Assembly: GCA_950097015.1 (NCBI GenBank)
Contig: CATNEN010000029.1
Location: 2,852,001 to 2,916,000 of the forward strand
DNA: 64,000 nt
Reading direction: 5' to 3'
Origin: Macrostomum hystrix
Taxonomy: Eukaryota; Animalia; Platyhelminthes
The translations under genes and the position numbers were made by a program. Each line of letters opens with the position of its first letter. Within the stretch, counting starts at the first letter, position 1. The notes under the pieces are model-generated. The model ran no database searches and was not told the origin of the DNA. It saw only the letters and a list, made by a program, of their open reading frames with translations. Below are positions 24,423-37,300 of the stretch, in pieces.

Positions 24423-25945
24423 ATGGCACTAGTGCCTCGAAACGGATGGTCTCCGAAGTTATCACCGGCAAAGCTATTTACACTTGGCGGGCTGCTAAGT
24501 GCCTGTTTAGTGATTGGCTTTCAGCTGTCACAGCATAGTATGGTGAGTGTAAGCTGAAGTAGAAGGGACCGTACACACTAAATAGGTCAGATTTTTGTGT
24601 GGCTGGTTTTTGATCTCCAACATTGATCTCCAGATATCACTGATGCTTGCCGTCTGTCTAGCAGTACTTTAAACGATTCACCGCGAACATTAATAGTGTA
24701 ACGCCAAATAACCCGAAATTGTTCACTTCCAGCTCATTAAAAGGTATCTGCCACCTTCCGATTATGGAGATCAGCCCAGCGGCAGCCAAGTAAATGGCTC
24801 GGTAAGAAGCGATGTCCAATTAGCTAAAGAGAAAAATCTTCTCAGAAATTCAACCTTTTGCGCTCAGATCCCGCGAATCCTGCACTACACCTTCGCCAGC
24901 GAGAATGTGTACAGCAACTACCAAGACTTCATCAGCCAGTGCCTGGCGCTCAATCCTGACTGGCAGGTGTACCTGTGGCGAGATGCCGATGGAGACCGCC
25001 TGATCAGGGATCATTATCCCGACTTCGCGGACAAGTTCGCTGGCTACCGGGGCGACCTGCAGAAGTCGGACGCCGTTCGGTACGCAGTGCTGCATCGGTT
25101 CGGCGGTGAGTCTGTGCTCAAACACACAATGCTTATTCTTCGCGTCCAAGACCCCTACTAGTCCGCTTTGAAAACGCCTTTGCAGGTGTTTACCTGGACA
25201 TGGACATTGAGTGCAAGCAGCCTCTGTTCCCCAGGCTGCAGAAGTACCAAGCATTTATCGATCGGGATCGTTGGGAGCAGACGACGCTGCTGTTCGGCAA
25301 TCCCCTCTTGCTGATGAACTCGGCCATGGGATCAGTGCCCCGCCATCCGTTCTTTATGTTCATCCTGCATAAGCTCAAGGCCAATAACGGTCAGTCTCCA
25401 GTGTTTAGCACCGGTCCTGTGGCCCTGACGAAGATCTACGTGGACTGGCTGCGGTCCGGCGAGGCCAGAAGGGCGCCAGAAGTGACACTGCTTCCCTCGC
25501 AGGTGTTCTCGGGTCTCATTGACCAGAACAACCCAGCAGTTTTTACTCCGTGCTCGAGGCTACCAGCGGAGTGTAAGCGAACCATTTGCATTTTTCCTGA
25601 GCAAATGTCTTGCGCTTGTTAGCAAAAGTTTCATTTTCGGCCGCCGTTGCAGTCAGAACGCCAGAGCCGAGTCCGGAGCAGCGTCGGAAGCTCGCGGCCG
25701 AGCTGTCCGGCTTCGAGATTGACAGACCGAATTCTTACAGAGGCCGCGACGTGCGCAGGATGGCCTGCGCCAGCCTGGCTCTCACTGACTGGCGTCGCGG
25801 TCTCCATGACAACCGGACTATCGGAGTGCACAGGTTTCTGCACCTGGGCTACGGCTTCGCAGCGTCAAAGCGGGGCAACAAGTTCAACCTGCTAGCCAGG
25901 TTCCCCAGGTTGCGGCTTTATAACCAGTCGGTGCCGAGAGGCTGA
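24423..25945 (+). CDS. GT32/DXD glycosyltransferase, paralog 2, ~368 aa
   Basis: Exons 24423-24542 (MALVPRNG..LFTLGGLLSACLVIGFQL anchor), 24733-24801, 24868-25105, 25186-25572 and 25653-25945 total 1107 nt in frame, with canonical splice sites. Confidence 0.85.
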
Positions 25946-26130
25946 ATTTCACGTGAATATTCTCCGCATGTCTGTGTAAAATAGCATGTGCCTTGGTGTC
26001 AAAAAGTACTTTTGGGTGGTGAATGGGACACGTGATTATTGGTTATATATAACAAAATTTTATATAACGCTGACGGTGTTTTTACTCTCAGTTGAAACAA
26101 TTCAATTTTCAATCGAAGCCAAGTAACCCT

Positions 26131-27099
26131 GGGTAGTTCTCAAAACTTGGGTTAGAGTTTATGAAGCAAAAGTAAAGTGCAAGATTTATTTTAAATACTC
26201 TGTAAAGTTTTATGATACTACTGTATATGCCTTAAAAGGCAATTTAAAGCACATAAAAACGTCCTGGGGATTCGTTATGGTGAATTTTGATCACTCGTTT
26301 AAGACACCGGAAAATGTGTGAATGGAATTATTTTTATGGGTCTTCCAGAAAAAAATGTTACTAAATTTACTGTTTTAATTCATTTCTACATAAAAACAAA
26401 GAAAAGACGACAGAAAAATCGTTTATTTTAGAGCTGTATATGTGGAAATTATTTATTTTAATTCTCATGACGATATTGCACACTGTCGCAGAGAAATGAC
26501 ACTCTTCCAGGAGTCACTTTGTAGTGCCAAAGAGTAAGACATTTCTATATTCTTTAGAAATACCATTCCTCAGTACGAAGACAATATTGTATGAAGCTAA
26601 ATTGGAAAAAAAGCAAATAAAAATTTGCATTTTAGCTGGTTTTGTACTATAAATAACTACAAAATAAATTACTTCTCCAAGGCCTAAAGTTATTGATAGA
26701 GCAAAGTCTGCAAACGCTGTGAAAAATATGATCCAACTTTACAAGTTATTAATTAGTTATGTGCCCCTTAACAGAAGAAAATTATAAGGCAAATGAACTT
26801 TTCATTGTTTTAAACCTTGAAAGCAACTTAATACGCACTAAACTATTTAGTACCTGTAGGTTTCTTACAGAATCTATTAAGTTACTCAACGGTAACATTT
26901 TTAATTTTAATTAATCTTCAATGAATTATCGCGCAATCAATGGCTGCTAAGCAACAATAAATATTTATATGGTGTCTTTTGTCTTATTTTATTTTCTTGT
27001 ATTGATATTCGGGCCTTTAATGCTCTTTTGTTTATTATTTGGAAAATTTAGTGACGTTTTTTTGTTTTGATGCATCAACCGAAATTTTGAGAACTACCC
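26131..27099. mobile_element. Candidate non-autonomous DNA transposon (MITE-like)
   Basis: Perfect 15-bp inverted repeat GGGTAGTTCTCAAAA at 26131-26145 and 27085-27099, flanked by CCT on both sides, with an AT-rich non-coding interior. Confidence 0.5.
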
Positions 27100-27704
27100 C
27101 CTGTCATTGCTGAGCAAGCATATTAGAAAGTTAGACCATATTTTAAGATAAATAGTACAATTGATTCGTTAATGCTCTTTGTCTAATTGATTATTTCTCG
27201 GGAATAACTCGTAATTAGCAATTTTTAGCTTTTAAGATGTTTAGCTCGTACTTTGTTAGCTTTTGCATCCAATTGCAAACATTCTATGAGTATATATGCC
27301 CTTTTTATTAAACTCTTAGTTAGAGTATGTATATCAAGATTTGCACGATTGGTGATAAATTTAGTTTTGTTTAAAAAGTATTTAAAAGGCTTAAAAAATT
27401 AAAGACTTTTCGAATTTCATTAATTCCTTGACAGAATTAAAAGTGATTACTTATTTAAAATCTCGTGCGTTCCGCTTTCAACGGCAATTTCTCCTCTTTT
27501 TACACATTATGTAGCGCGTGTGATTTCATATTACTCACTCATGAAAAGACTTTTCTATCTATAAAGTTCAAAGTTAAGCCCACTAAGAGAAAATAAATAT
27601 TCCCACTGAGACCTAATTGCAAAAATTACACAAAGTAAATTGAAAGTGCAACATCAAGTATATTATTTATGCATTTCATTTTTTTGGCAAAAATAGAGAA
27701 TTGG

Positions 27705-28282
27705 GAAAAATGACAGGTCACATCAAGGGATCTAGGATGATGACAGGTCAGATCAAGGGATCTGGGATGATGACAGGTCACATCAAGGGATCTGGGATGA
27801 TGACAGGTCACATCAAGGGATCTGGGATGATGACAGGTCACATCAAGGGATCTGGGATGATGACAGGTCACATCAAGGGATCTGGGATGATGACAGGTCA
27901 GATCAAGGGATCTGGGATGATGACAGGTCACATCAAGGGATTTGGGATGATGACAGGTCAGATCAATGGATCTGGGATGATGACAGGTCACATCAAGGGA
28001 TCTGGGATGATGACAGGTCACATCAAGGGATCTGGGATGATGACAGGTCACATCAAGGGATCTGGGATGATGACAGGTCACATCAAGGGATCTGGGATGA
28101 TGACAGGTCACATCAAGGGATCTGGGATGATGACAGGTCACATCAAGGGATCTGGGATGATGACAGGTCACATCAAGGGATCTGGGATGATGACAGGTCA
28201 CATCAAGGGATCTGGGATGATGACAGGTCACATCAAGGGATCTGGGATGATGACAGGTCACATCAAGGGATCTGGGATGATG
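27705..28282. repeat. Minisatellite, 30-bp unit ATGACAGGTCACATCAAGGGATCTGGGATG, ~19 copies
   Basis: Tandem array just downstream of the SKI2 stop codon. Confidence 0.97.
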
Positions 28283-28320
28283 GCAATCAAACAAAAACCA
28301 GGTGGCACATCAAGATTTGA

Positions 28321-31300
28321 TTAGCTATCGTCACGCAGAAACTGACTGTCAACAGAGTCGTCCAGGTACAGGCTGGCTGCGAATACAATGTCCCGCTTAA
28401 TCAGCTGGCTGGCAGTCTCAAACTTTTCGCTCAGCAGACTGGCGCCTATCACTCGGGCAGCGTTGCGAGCATCTTTAAGCAGCTCGTCTAGGCGTTGAAT
28501 GCAGCGCACAATGATGCCCTCCTGCTGATCGGTCAGGCTGGCTATGTCACGGAAACTGGTGCCCCTGCAGGATTGGCGGGTGATGCAAAATGTCTGGCTT
28601 ATTGGTTATTTTTTACACCATTAACCAAATGTAGACTAAGCTCTGTACTAGGGGGGTCGGTGGCAGAGTGGTTAGCGCGTTTGCCTCTCGCGCCAAGGTC
28701 CCTGAGCTCGATTCCGCGGTGAGGCCACATTTATTTTAGCCTGTCGTGTAATTTAAGCCCTTGAGGGCCAACCTCCAAAGCACAGTACACTGCCTTACGA
28801 TGTAAGGCACACCTGTGTGAGCGTATGCCTGCGTACAGTATCTGTGCGTATGTGCTAGTGCAAAATTATTATTATTATTATTATTATAAGCTCAGTACTG
28901 TACCTGGCCCACTCGTAAACGACTCTCATGAGAGCGGGCCGGACACTGTCCGGATCCAAATCCGGCACCAGTCCCAGCTGGCACTCAGACTGCAGGGCCT
29001 GAGCAGTCTCGGCCGTTTCAATCACCCGGTCTAGTGCAAGGCGCAGCTGCTCCGGCAGCTCGCGGAGCATCTCGGCCACGGGGTCGCGACCGGCTCCGCT
29101 GGCGCCGCCGCCGCCGCCGCTTTTATCGGCGGCCTGCACCGACGGAGTTTTCCCAGCAGGTGCAGACTTCGGCTGCGGAGGTGGCGGCGTAGGCGCCTGC
29201 TGAAGCCGGGCCTCGCAGACGAAACAGGAGAATAGCGCGGCCAGGTGAGACGGCTCCAACTGGTCGAAGGCGTTCTGGAACATCAGCTCGGTGATGAGGA
29301 TGCACTGGCTGCTTAGCTCGCAGGCGGCCTGGCCCTTGAGGCGGATCTGGTCGCCAGGGCTAACAAACTCCATGCGGCGGAGCACCTGAGGAGTTTACAT
29401 TGCGCAAGTTGGAGATATGTACATTTGAATTGGGGTTGGGGTTAGCAGATATGTACATTTGAATTGGGGTTGGGTTAGCAGATATGTACATTTGAATTGG
29501 GGTTGGGGTTAGCAGATATGTACATTTGAATTGGGGTGGGTTAGCAGATATGTACATTTGAATTGGGGTGGGTTAGCAGATATGTACATTTGAATTGGGG
29601 TTGGGGTTAGCAGATATGTACATTTGAATTGGGGTTGGGTTAGCAGATATGTACATTTGAATTGGGGTTGGGGTTAGCAGATATGTACATTTGAATTGGG
29701 GTGGGTTAGCAGATATGTACATTTGAATTGGGGTGGGTTAGCAGATATGTACATTTGAATTGGGGTTGGGGTTAGCAGATATGTACATTTGAATTGGGGT
29801 TGGGGTTAGCAGATATGTACATTTGAATTGGGGTGGGTCCGTAGATGTTTTTTTAAATTGGTTTTGCTACGACTTTGGAGTTGTAATCGGCATGGTAATG
29901 GAAAAATGCGCACCTGCAAGCGCTGCTTGTACTCGGACAGGTACTGTAGACTCTCATCCGACAGCTGATGCCGGAGCTGATCTTGCTGCCACAGCAGCTT
30001 CTGGCGGTTCAGAGCCTGGGCGAAGTGCGCATCGAAACTGGGACAGGCGAGGCACTCGTTGGAGATCAGGTCCCGCTGTGACATGGTCAACTGAGCGAAC
30101 AGCTCGGTCTGTCAGTCGGTGAAGGAGTTATGAAAATAACAGCTAACAGCCTGTGCTGAGATTCGAACTCCCGACCTCTCGGTCAGAAGTCCGAAGCTTT
30201 ATAACCACTGGCCTAAAAGTCCGATAGTTTAATTAGAACTACGCAAGTATTCAGGCAGCGAAATTGCTCACTTGGTCGACTTTTCTAAGTCCCATTCCGT
30301 TAAACGGATCCAGCAGTGGCGAGGCGGCACCAGCGGCGGCGGCGTGGTACTTGGTGCGCAGCAGGTCGGCCAGCTCCTGAGCCACCTGGCTGACTGTCTG
30401 GCCGGGCGGCAAGTCGGCAAATCTGGGCATCTCGCGCCGCCTGAAATCTTCAAAAATAACTTTGACACTGTCATCGCCGCGCAGGCTGCCAGCTGTCTGC
30501 TGGCCGACGCCGTCTAGCCAGTCAACGGCGGGCAGTTCAACTAGCTCCGGTTTATATTGGGCGGCTGGTTGGGCAAAGTCAGCCGGACAGACCGGCTCCA
30601 GCCACAGATCTGTGCTAGAAGACAGCTTTGGAGGCCGTGTGGCTAGCGGGCCGAGTGTTAGCAAGCTCATGCGCTCGCCTTCAAGTCGGAGAAGGACGCC
30701 GACTCGGCGAAGGCGCGGCTCGCCCGGCCAAGGCCGCATCACGATTAGCTGGCCTGGACGTGGCCTGGAGAGGAAACAGACAAAGAAATTTAGCGCTAAT
30801 CAATTGATCAAGGGACACTACTGCTAGTAGAGTGTTTTTTTCGGTGCCAGCTGCGATTCTAGTTGTAACTCTTGCTGCGATTCTAGCTGTAGCTCTTGCT
30901 GCAATTCTAGTTGTAGCTCTTGCTGCGATTCTAGTTGTACCTCTTGCTGCGATTCTAGTTGTACCTCTTGCTGCGATTCTAGTTGTACCTCTTGCTGCGA
31001 TTCTAGTTGTACCTCTTGCTGCGATTCTAGTTGTACCTCTTGCTGCGATTCTAGTTGTACCTCTTGCTGCGATTCTAGTTGTCCATCTTGCTGGGATTCT
31101 AGTCACGATTCTAGATAAGACTACTGCAAGGCTTCTAGTTAAACGCATCCTCACCTGAACCCGTTTAGAATCTCCCGAGCCGCCAGCTCCCGCAGCCGGC
31201 CATGCTCCTTTAGAGTGGCCAGGTAGCTGCCCATGGCTATGCCGCCGCACACTCGACAGGACGGCCTGCCGGCTTCGGCGATGCACACCTCCAGCTGCTC

Positions 31301-34300
31301 CAGCTGCCGCTGTCTGTCGCCGAGCATCGCCTGGCTGCTGTCCTCCGAGAAGCTGCGCCGGAGAACCTCCTCAACGCGCAGGGCTCTGCCGCGCAGCAGG
31401 TTGAGTATCATGGCGTAGGTGACACGAAATTTCGACTCCAGCTTAGTGGCCTTGCCGAGAGCCATGTTCTCCAGCGTGGATGCGTCGGGCACGTCGGCTT
31501 TGCAGACAACCACAACCGTACCGGTGGCGTCGAGGCCGCGACGGCCGGCCCGGCCAGCCATCTGGGTGTACTCGCCGGGCAGTAGGGCCCGACGCTGCCG
31601 TCCGTCGTGCTTCACCACAGTGTCGAATAGTACAGTCTTGGCTGGCATGTTGACGCCCATGGCGAATGTCTCGGTGGCGAATAGAATTTTTACCTGTGAG
31701 AAAGAGAGGGCTTCAGATATATATAATAGGAATCAAGGGATTGCTGAACTGGGATCTACAGTATTTTAACAATAGTACTAAAAAACATTTTGCCGCCGGT
31801 TTTTTTAAACCAAGGGGGGGAATTCCCCCCTGACAATTGTTTGTGCTGCACCCGAACGGAGCAAGCACACGAAACTCAAGAACACGGGCCAACTTTTTGT
31901 TGCGCATCTTCTGAAACAAGAATCAAGGCGCCAGCCCTTCAGATCGTCGAGATATTCAACGGCTCTGGCCGAAGGTCAGATTTTTCCCATAGGTGCTAGT
32001 GAATTTTATACCCCGATACACGAATTTGCACTGCGGCTCAGTGCGGCCGTGCGAATCCTTCCAAACTTTATCAGCAGGTCACCCGAATGTGCCTGCATCA
32101 TCTCCTACTATGGTGGTAACCGACTTTGATCTAGACGGAGCTTTAACAAGTAGTAGTTGAGTGTAGCCCAATATCGGAACTTTATCAGCGAACGTACAGA
32201 AATTTGCTTTTGGGACTCCGTAGCCAGCTGGAGGCACCCTGCTGACTGTGCTGACGGCGTCGAGGTGGTGAATGATTGGTTGACAGACTATGCGAGGGTC
32301 CTATGGTTGAGCTTGGTACAGCTGACAGCTGATAGATTACATAGGTGACAGCTGATAGATTACATAGGTGACAGCTGATAGATTACATAGGTGACAGCTG
32401 ATAGATTACATAGGTGACAGCTGATAGATTACATAGGTGACAGCTGATAGATTACATAGGTGACAGCTGATAGATTACATAGGTGACAGCTGATAGATTA
32501 CATAGTTGACAGCTGATAGATTACATAGGTGACAGCTGATAGATTACATAGGTGACAGCTGATAGATTACATAGGTGACAGCTGATAGATTACATAGGTG
32601 ACAGCTGATAGATTACATAGGTGACAGCTGATAGATTACATAGGTGACAGCTGATAGATTACATAGGTGACAGCTGATAGATTACATAGGTGACAGCTGA
32701 TAGATTACATAGGTGACAGCTGATAGATTACATAGGTGACAGCTGATAGATTACATAGGTGACATTACATTGCGATCTATTTATTATGCACAGACTGGTC
32801 GATGAATGTACATTGATTATTGAAACGATTTGATAGGTTGAGGGCTAAAACATGCACTGACACGCAGGTGCATATGCGGTGAGTAAACACTGCTAGAGTG
32901 AGACAGCGCACGAGAGAAAGGGAGTAAGATAACATAGAAAGTAAACGAGGTCTAAAGCATAAAAGTGCAACCGCAAACCCAACAGATTACATAGGTGACA
33001 GCTGATAGATTACATAGGTGACAGTTTTCTTACCAGACCGCGCTGAAACAGCAGCTCAACGACCTCCTTGAGAATAGGCAGTACGCCACTGTGGTGCGCC
33101 CCCAATCCCTTGGCCAGCATGCGCTGAAAGAATTCCACCTGGGGCAGCAGCCGATCCTCCGGACGAAGCTTGGCCACTGCGGCGCGAAAGAATTTATGGG
33201 TTCGATTCTTTTCGGCAGCCGTGTTCAAGTCCAGTTTCTGAAGCGCTGTCAGGCTCTGCACCATGGTGTCAATGCGCTGCCTGCAGGGGGGTTCGATCTG
33301 AATTAGAAGAACCTGGATCGGCCCTCAAATACTAGCGTATCTAGATCGGCCCTCAAATACTAGCGTATCTAGATCGGCCCTCAAATACTAGCGTATCTAG
33401 ATCGGCCCTCAAATACCAATGCATCTAGATCGGCCCTCAAATACCAATGCATCTAGATCGGCCCTCATAAACCAATGTGTCCAGATCGGTCATCAAATAG
33501 CTAAATACGACGATAATTTAATTGTCAAGACTCGCCTAGAGAACATGAAGCAGACAGCTGGCATGCCTTGCCGGTCCTTCAGCATACTGATCACAGACAG
33601 CCAGACATTGCGTTCACTCTTGGGATCCAAGTGACCGCCAGGTCTTGAGTTTTTAAAACCACCGCCGCCGCCGCCACTGCCCTTGCCGCCGCCACTGCCC
33701 TTGCCGCCGCCGCCGCCCTTGCCGCCGCCGCCAGATTCGCGCTGCTTCTTAGACAGCACAGCCGCTTCGTATCCGTCGGAGCGCAGAAATCTACCCTGTG
33801 CGTTGATGAACTGAAAAAGATCCTTGCTAGTGGCGGAGCTGTTGCCGGTGTACAGGTAGTGCTCCAGCGGCACTGGTCGCTTACTAGTGCTAATCACGTA
33901 GATTCTGCGCCGTTTGATGGAGCCGACCCAATTAGCAAACTGCTCAGTGTTGGGCACGGTCGCGCTGAGCAGTATTATGCCTACGTGTGGCGGCAGTAGA
34001 ATGAGCACCTCCTCCCACACGACGCCTCGCTCAGTGTCATTAACGTAATGCACCTCGTCAAAGATGACCCATTCGAGTTCGCGCAGAACGTCGCTGCCGC
34101 CATAGAGCATTGAACGCAGAATCTCCGTGGTCATGATGAGGCATGAAGCGTTTTGATTCACCTGTGTCAAAAAGAGAACTGGTTGAAGATCATTGAATAA
34201 CCTATAGGGCCGCTCCAGGGGGGTCGGTGGCAGAGCGGTTATCGTGTTTGCCTCTCGCACCAAGGTCCCGAAGTTCGATTCCACGGCGAGGTCAGAAGGC

Positions 34301-37300
34301 TTGGGGGCTTGTCGTACAATTGACACCCTTGAGGGCCAACCTCCAAGGCACAGTGAAGTGTACACTGTCTGACGATCAGAAAGTCAGGGCAGACAGGTGT
34401 ACACACCTGTGTGAGCGTGTGCCTGCGTACAGTATCTGTGTGCGTGTGTGCTCAGGAGTCAGAGAAATGGCCAGAATTGCCTCCTCGCTGGCTGTGGGTC
34501 TAGTGTCACTAAATGATGTGCCACTGCCCGCAGCCCTCCTGCAATCATCAATATTAATATTATAGGGCCGCTTCTGTCCATAATACAGTTGTTGGCTTTA
34601 GGGGAGCTTGCAGACCAGTGGCTATAGTTTAGGATTTCTAGCCGAGAGGTCAGGAGTTCGAATCTCCCGGTACCATAATACCAGCACCTCCCCAGTCCAC
34701 AGACGGTACAGCAGTACACAGCCTTTGGAATCGCCGAAGAGGGCCGAAATGCCATAGAATTGTTCTCACCTGAACGTCGCCAGTAACGAGGCCGACATTT
34801 AAAGTGCCGAATCGAAGCCTAAAGTCGTGAAATTTCTGATTAGACAGCGCTTTAATTGGCGAAGTGTAAATAACGCGAGTCTGACGTCGCAACGACTGGG
34901 CGATGGCGTACTCGGCCACGACCGTCTTGCCAGCCGAGGTGTGCGCTGCCACGAACACATCGAGCCGCTTTTCCAGGTGGCAGATAGCGTGCTTCTGAAA
35001 ATTGTCCAACTCGAAGCTCCAGGTAAGGGCTGGAAATGGCACCTGGGCGCTCATGTCCGGCACAGGCTTGCTGGAGTCCACCGCTACGGCCCATTCGAAC
35101 TAAATCAAACAGAGGAAGGGCGAGACAGCGAAATAGTTAAAAAAATGTATTGAAATAATTATTAATAAATTACACCTGCCCCGATTGGTCCAGATGAGCA
35201 GCCGACAGCACAGCCGCAGCTATTGCGCGGCGCATCTGAAGGCTGCGTACGGCTGTTCAGTCCATGGACTGGGGGGACGCCACATTCACCCTCAATTACC
35301 ATCTATTTAACAGCTGGGTGAACTGAAGCAATGCAGAGTTAAGTGCCTTGCTAAAGGACACAAATGACAAGGACACGAATTGTCCGAATGGAGGCGGGAA
35401 GCGAACCCCCGACCACCAATTCGTGAGTCCGACGCTATAACAACTAGGCTAAAACCCCTAGACTTAGGCCTACTTTGGTACTATATGGCTTATTTATATA
35501 AATAAAGTTTACTGGCTCTAGGCCACGTTCTGTGATAGAGTTATAAGGCCTACTGGTTTGAGAGTTGGATTCACGACTTGAAGATCGGGGATTCGCATTC
35601 CAACTCAAATTGAAATATTTGTGTATTTTAGCTACAATTACCCCAAGTGATACTGGTACACATTAAACAGCTGGGTGAACTAAAGCAATGCAGAGTTAAT
35701 ATAAGTGTCTAACTAAAGGACACATATTGTACCGGTTGAGTCGGGAATCGAACCCCCAACCTTCAATTCGTGAGTCCCATGCTCTAACCACAAGGCGCTA
35801 CAACCCCGTGAAACAGTACAAGGACTTCTAAAAACAGGCATAAATGCTACATATAAAAGTCCTTGCATGATGTCACATTTTTTCGAGAGACATGGATGCG
35901 GAAATGTGTGCGCAGTATTAAGTTAAGGCCAATGCTAGGCTTGCGCACCTTGGGCTGCGGAGCCGAGTTAGCCATCTGGCGCAGCTGACTTTGCTGCCGA
36001 CCGACGACAACGGAGCCGCTGGGCGAGGCTGACAACATCGGAAGCTTGCCGGCGGGCGTGGAGGTCACCGAAGTCATCACTGCCGCCTGATCGGCAGCCG
36101 ACTGATGCCGGCTTCTAAGGCTAGGCGCCGAGTCCGGCAAATCGGCCAGGGCTTCAGCGGCGGCAACTTGGCCGCAGCTCACCTGGCGTTGAAGGCCGAA
36201 GTCGCTGCGCAATGTTATTATAGGGAAAGTTCGTTAGTAATTGACGATTGAGGATCGACAAGAGGAGACATCCGACAGGGGAAAGACAAGCTTGACATAA
36301 AACTAGGAATATGTATTTAAAATTAGAGAGACCAATCGACATGAAAATTCAGAACACGGGCTAAAAGTTTCGGCTCTATCCGATCCGATGACACAACTTC
36401 CAGAATCACGGAACATCGACATCGACGAAATATCCAAGGATTCTTGTCGGGGTGTCTGGTGGCAAAAACCACCAATATAGGTATAGTTTTTCTGCTTAGA
36501 AAATTTCATCATGTAACCATGCCGGCGATCGCTTTTTATAATATCGCATTGATTATATCGTTAATTATTATATTGTTGAACCAGTATGGATTCGCCCTAA
36601 ACAAAGCAATCTTATTCGACCTTGTCACCTGGGTCTTCGGCAAGAATCGCTGAATATCTCGACAATGCTGAAGTCGGACGGCTTTGATATTTAGTTCACG
36701 GTAAAATGCGGAAAGTTTTGATCCATGCGGTGGATTTTTGACGACAATTGGTTATTTGGTATGGGAGCTGTCAGTGCGTATTTGAAGGCAGTGGGTATTT
36801 GAAATACGTCGTCTTTCCCCAGGGGAAAACAGCCCCAGGTCTTTGTACTTGTTAAAGCAGGGGTCGGCAACCTCCGGCCCGCGAAGCTCCTAAATCCGGC
36901 CCTTAGCTCCTCCTAACACCTACTCTACAGTACACCCTATCTCATCTCTCCCCTGTCTCACCTCTCCCCTGTCTCACCTCTCCCCTGTCTTATCTCTCCC
37001 CAGTCTCATCTCTCCCCTGTCTTATCTCTCCCTGTCTTATCTCTCCCTGTCTCATCTCTCCGCTGTCTCACCTCTCCCCTGTTTTATCTCTCCCTGTCTT
37101 ATCTCTCCCCTGTCTTATCTCTCCCCTGTCTCACCTCTTCCCTATCTCATCTCTCCCTGTCTTATCTCTCCCCTGTCTTATCTCTCCCCTATCTCATCTC
37201 TCTTGCGTCGTATCTCCACCGTCTCATCTCTCACCTGACTGATCTCTCCTGTGTCTCATCCACAGATACTATAATAACTATAATAACACTTATTATAGTA

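Noticed and set aside
27626-28324. 222-aa and 207-aa repeat ORFs (DVTCHHPRSL / MMTGHIKGSG)
   Set aside because: They arise from a stop-free 30-bp tandem unit just past the SKI2 stop. There is no unique coding flank or splice support.
30681-31286. Hydrophobic AAILVVPL and TTRIAARG repeat ORFs
   Set aside because: A 24-bp intronic array inside a well-defined SKI2 intron.
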